From assembly GCA_039091535.1 (NCBI GenBank), contig JAWCLW010000001.1:145073-209072 (forward strand): DNA of 64,000 nt, read 5' to 3'. The notes under the pieces were generated by a model, which made no database searches, was not told the origin of the DNA, and saw nothing but the letters and a program-made list of their open reading frames with translations. This document shows, piece after piece, positions 27,860 through 36,540 of the stretch. Made by a program: the position numbers and the translations under genes. Position 1 is the stretch's first letter, and every line of letters begins with the position of its first letter. This DNA comes from Candidatus Aenigmatarchaeota archaeon. GTDB lineage: Archaea; Aenigmatarchaeota; Aenigmatarchaeia; GW2011-AR5.

Positions 27860-29696
27860 GGGTGTTGGAACAACTGTTGGTACAATACTTTTAATTGTTG
27901 TGTTATTGTTTTTCCTTATTATTTATGTAAATATGGTTTCTGAGAATACGAAAAATAAAATAAAACTTAATCTTTTATCAGCTGAATTATTAAAAATTGA
28001 AAACACATTCTACATTCTTAATCGCTCATTGGGCATGACATGGTATCTCTCAACAATACAGACAATATTTAATGCAGGCGATAATGGTGTTGGTTGTGGC
28101 AATGATGACGATGAAAATAAATATAGTACAATGTATGGTTATGATATAAGTAATTTGAAAGAAGGTTATTGGTATCAGGGTAATAATGAAAAGCAAAAAA
28201 CGCCACAAAATGGTGATCTATACTGCGAGTCTGTAATACCAACTGGAAAAAAATATAATAAATTAGAATGTAACCCAAAGGTATGCATGCCAAATGCTCT
28301 GTATCTAAAAGAATATCTAATTGAAAAAATGAAAGAGTATCATACAATAAAAACAAATTTTGAAATAAATAATATCGATGTTACCATAGCAGATAATGAT
28401 AAAAATAAAATATCTACTTATTTCTCTGTTGAAGATGATAAAATAAAATCTTATACAACACAAAAATTAAAATTAGAAAATGTTCATACAAAAATAGAAA
28501 CAGATACAAAAAATGAAATAACAATATATACAGAGTTTAACAAAATGATAACTGCTGGTAATTTTATAGTTGCCTATTTATTTGTTTTTTCAAATAATTT
28601 TTTAAACGAGTTTGGATATAAACCAAACACAGAAAATAAGGATACTTATTTGAATTATATAATGAATCATCTTTCTGATAAAATAAAAACATTGCCAGAC
28701 GAGTATAAGATTTTTGGCTTATCAAAAATAAAACCAAAAATATACATAGATTACAAAGATTTTAGAATAAGAGCTCCAACAATTGATGAAAAACAAAATG
28801 GGTTTCAGCCAGGTACAGAACTAATTCTACATTATGATGCAGACATAAAAATTATTGAAGGTGGTGAAGAGCTACCAGAATCAATAACACCTATTTTTGA
28901 TTGGCCGACTAAAAGTAGAAAAATTGTAAGTTGTTATGGTCCAAGAACACATCCAATTTTTGGTGATTCAAGATTCCATAAAGGAATAGATATAGCTCCT
29001 GATACTCAAGGTGATAATGAATATGTAATGGCTATTGAGGATGGTGAGGTTGTGAAAGTTGAAAAGGATTGTGATGATAACAAAAAATGTGGTGGTGGTT
29101 ATGGAAATTATATTCTATTAAAACATGAAAATGGTCTTTATTCATTTTATGCGCATCTTAAAAAGGGTGATGTGTATGCTGAAAAAGGTGACAAAAAAAA
29201 TAAAGGTGATATTATAGCTCGAATGGGAACTAGTGGTGTATCTACTGGTGTTCATCTTCATTTTGAAATAAGATCAGATGAAAAAAAACAAGATAATCCA
29301 TGTAAATATATAGATTGTACACAATCTACAATAAATAAATGTACCATATTTTCTGGTCTAAATTATGGATATTTTTATCATGATGAAGATGAAAATATAT
29401 TTGAAAGAAGACCATTTTCTCTTGTTTTTGGTGTAGAAGATTATTTACCAGTATTGAATTGCAGATTTGATGATGCAATATATAAATTTTATACATGGTA
29501 TAAAACAAATGATATGGTTTGTTGCTATGAAAAATTATGGACATGTAATCTTGATATAGAAAATCTTCCACAAGAAAGAAAAATACCTATTGGCTCTGGA
29601 CCAGATGAATGTAATACAATATTGAGGAATGTAAATCTGAAGATTATTTGTAATTCGAATGGAAGTTTTGAAGTTAGTGTCTTTTCAATAGAATAA
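27849..29696 (+). CDS. pilin-like N-terminus fused to M23 (LytM/lysostaphin-type) metallopeptidase domain
   Basis: The start is TTG/GTG and overlaps the upstream stop. The leader is (M)VTKG-VGTTVGTILLIVVLLFFLIIYV. The M23 core lies at ~28896..29290: FHKGIDIA (HxxxD), YGNYILLKHENGLYSFYAHL, GTSGVSTGVHLHFEIR (HxH). The C-terminal tail is Cys-containing. Confidence 0.85.
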   Translation: MVTKGVGTTVGTILLIVVLLFFLIIYVNMVSENTKNKIKLNLLSAELLKIENTFYILNRSLGMTWYLSTIQTIFNAGDNGVGCGNDDDENKYSTMYGYDISNLKEGYWYQGNNEKQKTPQNGDLYCESVIPTGKKYNKLECNPKVCMPNALYLKEYLIEKMKEYHTIKTNFEINNIDVTIADNDKNKISTYFSVEDDKIKSYTTQKLKLENVHTKIETDTKNEITIYTEFNKMITAGNFIVAYLFVFSNNFLNEFGYKPNTENKDTYLNYIMNHLSDKIKTLPDEYKIFGLSKIKPKIYIDYKDFRIRAPTIDEKQNGFQPGTELILHYDADIKIIEGGEELPESITPIFDWPTKSRKIVSCYGPRTHPIFGDSRFHKGIDIAPDTQGDNEYVMAIEDGEVVKVEKDCDDNKKCGGGYGNYILLKHENGLYSFYAHLKKGDVYAEKGDKKNKGDIIARMGTSGVSTGVHLHFEIRSDEKKQDNPCKYIDCTQSTINKCTIFSGLNYGYFYHDEDENIFERRPFSLVFGVEDYLPVLNCRFDDAIYKFYTWYKTNDMVCCYEKLWTCNLDIENLPQERKIPIGSGPDECNTILRNVNLKIICNSNGSFEVSVFSIE

Positions 29697-29732
29697 AAAT
29701 AATTTAAAATTAAGCAATATTCATATATTTAA

Positions 29733-30164
29733 TCAGATTTTTTTTATTTCTTCCAGGAATTTCTGTATTGTTGAGCGATAATAACCCCAATCTAAAGCAT
29801 CATTTTCATATATTCTAATTAAATACTGCAGATAGTTCCTATTTTTTCTGCGCTCTTTTATCGCACTTGATATAAAACGAAGTCCTGCATAAGTACCTAT
29901 CCCACTCCCTAAAAATTCCCATAAATATGGGTTTTGTGCCTCTGTGTAATTCACATTTTCTATTGGTCCTATGGCAACATCTCTTAGTGCCTTTGTCACT
30001 CCTTTAGAATAACTATGTATCCCTCCATAGATAGAAATAGCCAAAATAAGTGCCCCAAGTGCTAATTTTATTGTTGGTGGTTCTTTTAATCTATTCTTAG
30101 TTTCTTTTATTTTTTTAAGGTTCTCTAATTCCTCTACACGATCCTCGTTATCATCCCAAACCAT
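29733..30164 (-). CDS. hypothetical membrane-associated protein
   Basis: 143 aa with one or two hydrophobic segments. No motif recognised. Confidence 0.45.
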   Translation of the reverse strand: MVWDDNEDRVEELENLKKIKETKNRLKEPPTIKLALGALILAISIYGGIHSYSKGVTKALRDVAIGPIENVNYTEAQNPYLWEFLGSGIGTYAGLRFISSAIKERRKNRNYLQYLIRIYENDALDWGYYRSTIQKFLEEIKKI

Positions 30165-30224
30165 AAATCAAACATAAAGTAAAAATATTTAAACTTTTAT
30201 AATTGTCAAAGAAATATAATAATT

Positions 30225-30554
30225 ATGAAAGGTATATCACTCGCAATAGAGACTATTATATTCATAATACTTGGCGTTACTGTACTCACTGTATTACTTT
30301 TCTTCTTTACTTCATTAGGTGGACCAACACAAAATGAAGTAGAAAATCAATTCGAAAGAAATCAATTTTGTGGACGATATGCAAACTATGATCCTAAATG
30401 TGAAAATGTTGATAAAATAATTGATGCAAAACAGAAAGAAGAAATATTAAAAGGAATTGGTGAGGCTTGCAAAGCATTAAAAGTAGAGGGATGCACATCT
30501 ATTCCTCCATCTATTGAATGTATAAAAAATTGTTGCATACATTGCCCAAAATAA
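30225..30554 (+). CDS. class III signal peptide (pilin-like) protein, Cys-rich
   Basis: MKG-ISLAIETIIFIILGVTVLTVLLFFF.., 109 aa, with 8 Cys in the C-terminal half (..IECIKNCCIHCPK). Confidence 0.75.
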   Translation: MKGISLAIETIIFIILGVTVLTVLLFFFTSLGGPTQNEVENQFERNQFCGRYANYDPKCENVDKIIDAKQKEEILKGIGEACKALKVEGCTSIPPSIECIKNCCIHCPK

Positions 30555-30634
30555 AAGGATTAAAACTTTAGGTACGATAAAGTTAATATTGATACAGAAT
30601 CTCAATACTAAAACAATAACTGGAGGTGTAAGTT

Positions 30635-30931
30635 ATGTCAGAAAAAACAGAAAAAGAAAAATCAAGCGACAATATTGTCTTCATCGGCAAAAAACCATCT
30701 ATGAGCTATGTCCTTGCTGTTGTAACCCAATTTGGTGAGGGTCAACAAGAAATTAGTTTAAAGGCACGTGGTAGGTCAATAAGCAAGGCGGTTGATGTCG
30801 CTGAAATTGTTAGAAACAGATTTATACAAGATGTAAAGGTAAAGGATATAAAAATAGGAACAGAGGAAATCGAAGCAGAAAACAAAGAAAAAATCAATGT
30901 TTCAACAATAGAGATAATTTTAAAGAAATAA
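30635..30931 (+). CDS. albA: DNA/RNA-binding protein Alba
   Basis: ..[56 protein letters not shown] is close to the Alba/Sso10b consensus. GGAGGTG lies upstream. Confidence 0.9.
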   Translation: MSEKTEKEKSSDNIVFIGKKPSMSYVLAVVTQFGEGQQEISLKARGRSISKAVDVAEIVRNRFIQDVKVKDIKIGTEEIEAENKEKINVSTIEIILKK

Positions 30932-31209
30932 AAACAATTGAAAACCACTTAAACATTTTGTATAAATAATTTTTGTATTTTTTTCTATTTATCATATATA
31001 ATTTTGTTAAACTAATTATATGCAATGATTTTTTTGAGTTTTTTATAGTTTCAAGTCATCAACTAGTAGTTGGTTCTTTTGTATTTCATTTAATTGATTT
31101 TTTACTTTAATCCAATTGTCTAAGATAAATGTTTTTTTGTCGATTACTGAGCAAAAGAAAAACTATTTATATGTCTATTGACATAGTTAATTTAATAAAC
31201 AAAGGGGGT

Positions 31210-31521
31210 ATGAAAATGAAAGGATTGGAATTACCAATAAGTATGATTGTTGTTATTGCAGTAGCTGTTTTGGTTCTTGTTGTGATTGCAGTATTTTTTA
31301 CAGGTCAAACTGCCCTTCAAACAGAAACAATAAAAGTGCAAAACGCGTTGTCTACAGGTTGCCAAAAATTAAGGACTTTATATAACTGCGTGGGCGATTT
31401 AGATTTTACTGTTGGATATATAGAACCTGGCAGAACAGAAGAGGCAACTTTTAAGAGGATTTGTGAATTAAATAAATATTCGGTTGTTGAATGCAAAAAA
31501 TATTGTGGTTGTCCTGCTTAA
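31210..31521 (+). CDS. class III signal peptide (pilin-like) protein, Cys-containing
   Basis: AAAGGGGGT precedes the ATG at 31210. The product starts MKMKG-LELPISMIVVIAVAVLVLVVIAVFF.. and has 6 Cys in its C-terminal half. Confidence 0.7.
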   Translation: MKMKGLELPISMIVVIAVAVLVLVVIAVFFTGQTALQTETIKVQNALSTGCQKLRTLYNCVGDLDFTVGYIEPGRTEEATFKRICELNKYSVVECKKYCGCPA

Positions 31522-32535
31522 TTATTTTTTTATCCACCTACTGAGAGAGCTTTGGTCTTCTCGTTCTTCTATTTTTTTTAATGCATTTTCTATTCTTTCT
31601 TCTGAGAAATCAAATTCATCACATAATATTTTTTTGATTTTTTCAGTATCTGGTTGACCAAATTTTATTTCATAGTGGTTTGTTGGCGGCTTTTTGAAAA
31701 ATTCAAATATCTCTTCTGGCGATGCTTCAAATCCCCATGCAAGACCCTCAAAAACCCTATGGAGTGTCTTTTTTTCTCTTACAAGCTCTAATGCTTTTTT
31801 GGGACCATAACCAGGTATGCCTCCTGGATTGTAATCTGTGCCAATAAGTATTCCAAGAATTATTAATTGTTCATGATTAATTCCTAGATTTTCAAGTATA
31901 TCCTCTAATATTATCAATTCTGGGTTTATTGTTATATATGTATCTTTTCTCTTTTTTTTACCAGTAATAGAAAGATTTCTTATTAATTTTGGTGCACCAA
32001 AAAGCAATGAATCATAATCTTGTGTAGCAACAGCATATGCGTCCCCATTTTTACACATAAATGCACATAATGCTTCACCTTCACTTGATGCTTGTAAATA
32101 AGGTACACCCATTGCATCCAAGAGCCTTTTACTTTGCTCTATAATATCATTCGTTATTGTCGCAGAGCGCTGAGCATACTTTTTGGCTGTCTCAAAATCT
32201 TCACGCTCAAGTGCCTCCTTCCACTCACGTAAGGCTTCTGCACGTACGTCGCGTCTTTGTTCTGTTGTTTCTCTTTTGAATTCAGGTGGTTTACCATCAA
32301 AAACATAAATAGGTCTTATGTTTGCTTCCATTAACTTTAATGTTCTATAAAATATACCAGAGAGATGAGATGTAATCCTACCCTTAAAATCCTTTAATGG
32401 CTCACCATCCGGCTGTCTTATGATTGTAAGAAATTGATATATCCAATTAAACGCATCTATTGCTATTCTTTTGTCAAATAGATCATTCAAGGTTATCTCT
32501 TTTCCCTTAACAATATTTGTGAATTGAACACCCAT
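31522..32535 (-). CDS. fen: flap endonuclease 1
   Basis: MGVQFTNIV..IAIDAFNWIYQFL..ITSHLSGIFYRT..IRPIYVFDGKPPEFK.., 337 aa. This is the classic FEN-1 N/I domain layout. Confidence 0.9.
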   Translation of the reverse strand: MGVQFTNIVKGKEITLNDLFDKRIAIDAFNWIYQFLTIIRQPDGEPLKDFKGRITSHLSGIFYRTLKLMEANIRPIYVFDGKPPEFKRETTEQRRDVRAEALREWKEALEREDFETAKKYAQRSATITNDIIEQSKRLLDAMGVPYLQASSEGEALCAFMCKNGDAYAVATQDYDSLLFGAPKLIRNLSITGKKKRKDTYITINPELIILEDILENLGINHEQLIILGILIGTDYNPGGIPGYGPKKALELVREKKTLHRVFEGLAWGFEASPEEIFEFFKKPPTNHYEIKFGQPDTEKIKKILCDEFDFSEERIENALKKIEEREDQSSLSRWIKK

Positions 32536-32695
32536 TCTATTCCTCTATTATTTATTTTTATGGAGAATTTATAAATCTTGTAGGTTAATATGGTTTTTTG
32601 GCAACTTAAATTTTTGTTACTATTTATTTTATATCATTTATTTTTTCCTGTAATTCTTTCATTGCTTTTTATGAATTTTATAATAGAAACTCAGA

Positions 32696-33673
32696 TCATA
32701 TCCACTCTCTTTTATGGAAAAATTTGTAAAGAAGTAAAATAATTATAATCATAGATATGAGAACAACATAGTATCCATATTCCCAATGCAATTCAGGCAT
32801 ATTTGCGAAGTTCATTCCATATATTCCTGCTATAAGTGCAGGAACCATAATTATAACAGTTAAGGCAGTAAGTTTTTTCATAACTTGATTAAGTTCATTC
32901 GATATGGTTGCAAGTCTGTTTGATGTATTTGCTGTGTAAATTGATAAAATATCTGATAAAGTTTCGCGCTCTGAAGATAAAATATCTATTTGATGCATAT
33001 ATGAATTATATATATCTTCCATGAGCAATATACTCTCTTTATCAAGTTTTATTGGTGTAAGACCTTTTCTCAAAAGAAAAATTATTTTTGCAGATGCCCA
33101 GAACCTTCTACTCATCCTAAAAATTTTTCTTTTGAAATTTACAATCTCTTCTATATTTATCATATGTTTTGAATTAGCGTTGAATGTCTTTCTTTCCATC
33201 TCAGCAACTATACGGTCAACCCTTTCTAAGACATCATAATTTTCATTTATATCATCCGCGAGAAATTCATACATAATTCTTGCAATGTTTTTTGTTTTAC
33301 CATGCTTCAAAACCTCAACAATCTTATCAAAAAGATCCGAATGATATTTTGCTGGTATTGGTAAAGATATTATTAGACAATTTTTCTTTAGAACAAACAA
33401 GAGATGTGAGCTCTTTATTTCGTCATTTTCCATATAATAGTCTATAAATACAAAAATAAGCGGGTTTATTGAATATCGAACAGATCTTTGTTCTTTTACA
33501 TATGTTTGAAAATACTTTTTATTAATTTTGAAATCATTTGCTACCTTTTCAATTTCTGCATCGCTTGGCTTTTCCATAAAAATCCAAATAAAGTTTTTAT
33601 CAGTTGGTATTTCATAATTTAATCCAGAGCCATCGATGCATTTACCATTTTTATAGAGCATGTATTTTAACAT
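32696..33673 (-). CDS. corA: CorA-family magnesium transporter
   Basis: 325 aa with two C-terminal TM helices and the YGMNF signature (IAGIYGMNFANMPE). Confidence 0.85.
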   Translation of the reverse strand: MLKYMLYKNGKCIDGSGLNYEIPTDKNFIWIFMEKPSDAEIEKVANDFKINKKYFQTYVKEQRSVRYSINPLIFVFIDYYMENDEIKSSHLLFVLKKNCLIISLPIPAKYHSDLFDKIVEVLKHGKTKNIARIMYEFLADDINENYDVLERVDRIVAEMERKTFNANSKHMINIEEIVNFKRKIFRMSRRFWASAKIIFLLRKGLTPIKLDKESILLMEDIYNSYMHQIDILSSERETLSDILSIYTANTSNRLATISNELNQVMKKLTALTVIIMVPALIAGIYGMNFANMPELHWEYGYYVVLISMIIIILLLYKFFHKREWI

Positions 33674-33847
33674 TATAAAATTATATTAAAGACCTAATAA
33701 AAAGATTATTTTTTACTTTGTTTATTAAGATTATCACCATTTAATAACCTCAGCCACAAAGATTTAATACTCTGGTATTACAAAATGTATTTGTTCTCTT
33801 GATCATGAATTTTTATTAATAAAGAAAAGATTTATAAAATTATTTTT

Positions 33848-34294
33848 TTACTTTGGTAGTTTAACTTCAGCCAAACTTTTCACATATTTATCTAGTCTTT
33901 TAACCTCTTTTTCAAGCATTTTTATTAATTTTCTCGTATTTCTGTCTGATTTGTATTTTTCAAATTCAATCAACGTTGCATTTATTTCTTTTTGTAATTT
34001 GAACAAGAATGCTTTTCTCAATCCTTCGAGAAGGTCACCATCTAGTCTTACATATAATTTTCTGTCACCACGATTCTTCATTTTTTTAATTATACCGATA
34101 AGTTCTAATAAATCTAAAGATAATGAAATAGAACTAGGTGAATATTTTGTCAATTTACATAATTCATTAAGTGATAGAGGTTTTCCTGCAACTAGCAAAG
34201 CAGCAATAATTCTACCATGTACTTCGCTGTATCCTATTGAAGAAGCTACAGATGCAAATGTTGTATAAATTTTATCCTCTACATCTTCAAGCAT
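33848..34294 (-). CDS. winged-helix transcriptional regulator (GbsR/MarR-like)
   Basis: 148 aa. ..HGRIIAALLVAGKPLSLNELCKLTKYSPSSISLSLDLLELIGIIKK.. is a wHTH pattern, followed by a C-terminal coiled tail. Confidence 0.55.
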   Translation of the reverse strand: MLEDVEDKIYTTFASVASSIGYSEVHGRIIAALLVAGKPLSLNELCKLTKYSPSSISLSLDLLELIGIIKKMKNRGDRKLYVRLDGDLLEGLRKAFLFKLQKEINATLIEFEKYKSDRNTRKLIKMLEKEVKRLDKYVKSLAEVKLPK

Positions 34295-34372
34295 AATAAC
34301 ACCTTAAATATTTTATGTACAAAAATTTTTATAAGTTTTAGAAGTTTTTAAATATATTAAAAGTTGATAGAC

Positions 34373-36019
34373 ATGACAAAAACAAAAGAAAAACTTACTA
34401 CAAAATATACAGATAAATTGCCACATGCAACTCAATCTGTATGTCCTGAATGCAGCACAAATGGAAATATTGAAATTCTCCCTGCCATTGTTTTTGAAGA
34501 AGATGGTAAGATATGGATCACAAGAAAATGCAAAAAACATGGTATTATAAAAGAGATTTATTGGGAAGATGCAAATATGTATAATAAAATGAGAAAATAT
34601 GGATACGATGGAAAAGGTATCGAAAATCCTAACACAAAAAAAGTTACAGGACAATGCCCATTAGATTGTGGGTTATGCCCAAGGCATAAATCGCATACAG
34701 CCCTTGCAAATATTGTTGTAACAAATCGTTGTGATTTATCTTGCTGGTATTGCTTTTTCTATGCAAAAGAAAATGATTCTGTTTATGAACCAACAATAGA
34801 ACAACTAAGATTTATGATGAAAAATCTGAGAAATATGAGACCTGTACCTGCAAATGCAATTCAATTAACTGGTGGTGAGCCAACAATACGTGATGATATT
34901 ATAGATATAATAAAAATAGCAAAAGCCGAAGGATTTAACCATATACAACTAAATACACATGGAATAATACTTTCTCAAAATTTGAAATTGACAAAAGCTG
35001 TAAGAAAAGCTGGGGTAAATACGATATATATGAGCTTTGATGGTGTGACACCAAAAACAAATCCAAAAAACCATTGGGAATCTGCTGGAGCAATTGAAAA
35101 TTGTAGAAAAGCTAACATAGGGATTGTTCTCGTGCCGACAATTATAAGAGGTGTTAATGAGCAAGAAGCAGGTGCCATCATAAATTTTGCATTAAATCAT
35201 ATCGATGTTATTCGTGGTGTAAATTTCCAGCCAGTATCACTTGTAGGCAGAATGCCAAGAAAGCTACGTGAACGTCAACGAATAACAATATCTGGGTTAA
35301 TAAAAATAATAGAAGAGCAAACAAATGGCCTAATATGTAAAGAAGATTTTTATGTTGTTCCATGCATGGGTGCAATCACAAGATTTGTTGAATCAATAAC
35401 TAAAAAGAATGAATACAGTCTATCAACACATTTTGCCTGTGGTGCAGCCACATATTTATTTTTAGATAGAGAAAAAGTTATTCCAATAACAAGATTTATA
35501 GATGTTACGGGATTTCTTGAATACCTTGATGAAAAAGCAAAAGAAATTGAAGCTGGAAAAAATAGATACTGGGTAGCACTCAAAGTATTAAAAAAACTAA
35601 ATTCATTTATAGATAAAGAAAAACAACCAAAAGGCCTAAACATCTATAAAATTATTTACAATGCTTTATTGAAGCATAATTATGATGCATTGGGAAAATT
35701 TCACAAGAGTTCATTATTTATTGGGATGATGCATTTTATGGATATGTATAATTATGATACAGAGCGCGTCCAAAGATGCAATATACATTACGCAATGGCT
35801 GATGGTAGGATTGTTCCATTCTGTTCATTTAATGTATTTCCAGAACGCTATAGAGATATCGTGCAAAAACAATTCAGCATACCTGCAAATGTTTGGAATA
35901 AAAAATACCCAGAAAAAAATATAAATATAAAATATAAAAGAGACATCAAAAAATTAGAATCGAGCAAAGTTTATAAAAAGATTTATGGAAATTTGAAAAA
36001 TTTTTTTATGATTAAATAA
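34373..36019 (+). CDS. radical SAM protein of the Tes / GDGT-MAS (MJ0619-like) family
   Basis: N-terminal Zn-ribbon-like CPEC..(x24)..CKKHG, then VTNRCDLSCWYCFFYA (CxxxCxxC) and QLTGGEPT. At ~548 aa its length fits that family. The ATG at 34373 is preferred to the TTG at 34364. Confidence 0.6.
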   Translation: MTKTKEKLTTKYTDKLPHATQSVCPECSTNGNIEILPAIVFEEDGKIWITRKCKKHGIIKEIYWEDANMYNKMRKYGYDGKGIENPNTKKVTGQCPLDCGLCPRHKSHTALANIVVTNRCDLSCWYCFFYAKENDSVYEPTIEQLRFMMKNLRNMRPVPANAIQLTGGEPTIRDDIIDIIKIAKAEGFNHIQLNTHGIILSQNLKLTKAVRKAGVNTIYMSFDGVTPKTNPKNHWESAGAIENCRKANIGIVLVPTIIRGVNEQEAGAIINFALNHIDVIRGVNFQPVSLVGRMPRKLRERQRITISGLIKIIEEQTNGLICKEDFYVVPCMGAITRFVESITKKNEYSLSTHFACGAATYLFLDREKVIPITRFIDVTGFLEYLDEKAKEIEAGKNRYWVALKVLKKLNSFIDKEKQPKGLNIYKIIYNALLKHNYDALGKFHKSSLFIGMMHFMDMYNYDTERVQRCNIHYAMADGRIVPFCSFNVFPERYRDIVQKQFSIPANVWNKKYPEKNINIKYKRDIKKLESSKVYKKIYGNLKNFFMIK

Positions 36020-36028
36020 AATTTTTTA

Positions 36029-36280
36029 TTATAATAATGTTACATTCCCGCCTTCTACAGATGAGACACCTTTTATGTTTCTTATTTTTTCTTCTATGTC
36101 ACCAAAACCCTCCTTATCATCAAAAACAAGAAGCACCTCAAGAATTTTAAGTCCAAAAGCAATAGGAACCTCTTTTATATCTTTAACATCTACTATATTT
36201 TTTATTTCTCTTTTAATCCTATCTAAATCTATATCGGGGCTTTCAGGCATAACCCTCATTGTAAGTGCAACCATACCCAT
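36029..36280 (-). CDS. ef1b: translation elongation factor aEF-1 beta
   Basis: MGMVALTMRVMPESPDIDLDRIKREI..PIAFGLKILEVLLVFDDKEG.., 83 aa, matching the aEF-1beta pattern. Confidence 0.85.
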   Translation of the reverse strand: MGMVALTMRVMPESPDIDLDRIKREIKNIVDVKDIKEVPIAFGLKILEVLLVFDDKEGFGDIEEKIRNIKGVSSVEGGNVTLL

Positions 36281-36297
36281 AATAACACCAAAAATAA

Positions 36298-36456
36298 TTA
36301 AGGTCCCTCAAAGCCACATTCAGGACAGATATAGATATTGCTACTTCTTCTGCAATTTTCGCATCTAACTATTTCAGCTTTCATACACACAGGACATTTA
36401 AATCTTGCATAATTTTCTTCTGTTATCAAATTTATATTACATGATGTGCATCTCAT
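36298..36456 (-). CDS. small double zinc-ribbon protein (COG2888-like, usual neighbour of aEF-1beta)
   Basis: Hand-translated 52-aa ORF absent from the track: MRCTSCNINLITEENYARFKCPVCMKAEIVRCENCRRSSNIYICPECGFEGP, with four CxxC pairs. Confidence 0.7.
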   Translation of the reverse strand: MRCTSCNINLITEENYARFKCPVCMKAEIVRCENCRRSSNIYICPECGFEGP

Positions 36457-36540
36457 AAAATCACCAACTTATTTACATTTAGTTAATAAAAATCTTTATA
36501 AATGTAATTTTTTAAGCACTAAAACAAAAATAAATCTTAT

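Noticed and set aside
31519-31524. Back-to-back stop codons (TAATTA) of the convergent pilin-like and FEN-1 genes with zero spacer
   Set aside because: It is real but is just tight packing of convergent genes. No structural or regulatory signal is evident.
34313-34654. 113-aa minus-strand ORF across the radical SAM gene start
   Set aside because: Phe/Ile/Cys-rich shadow frame that overlaps a motif-supported gene.
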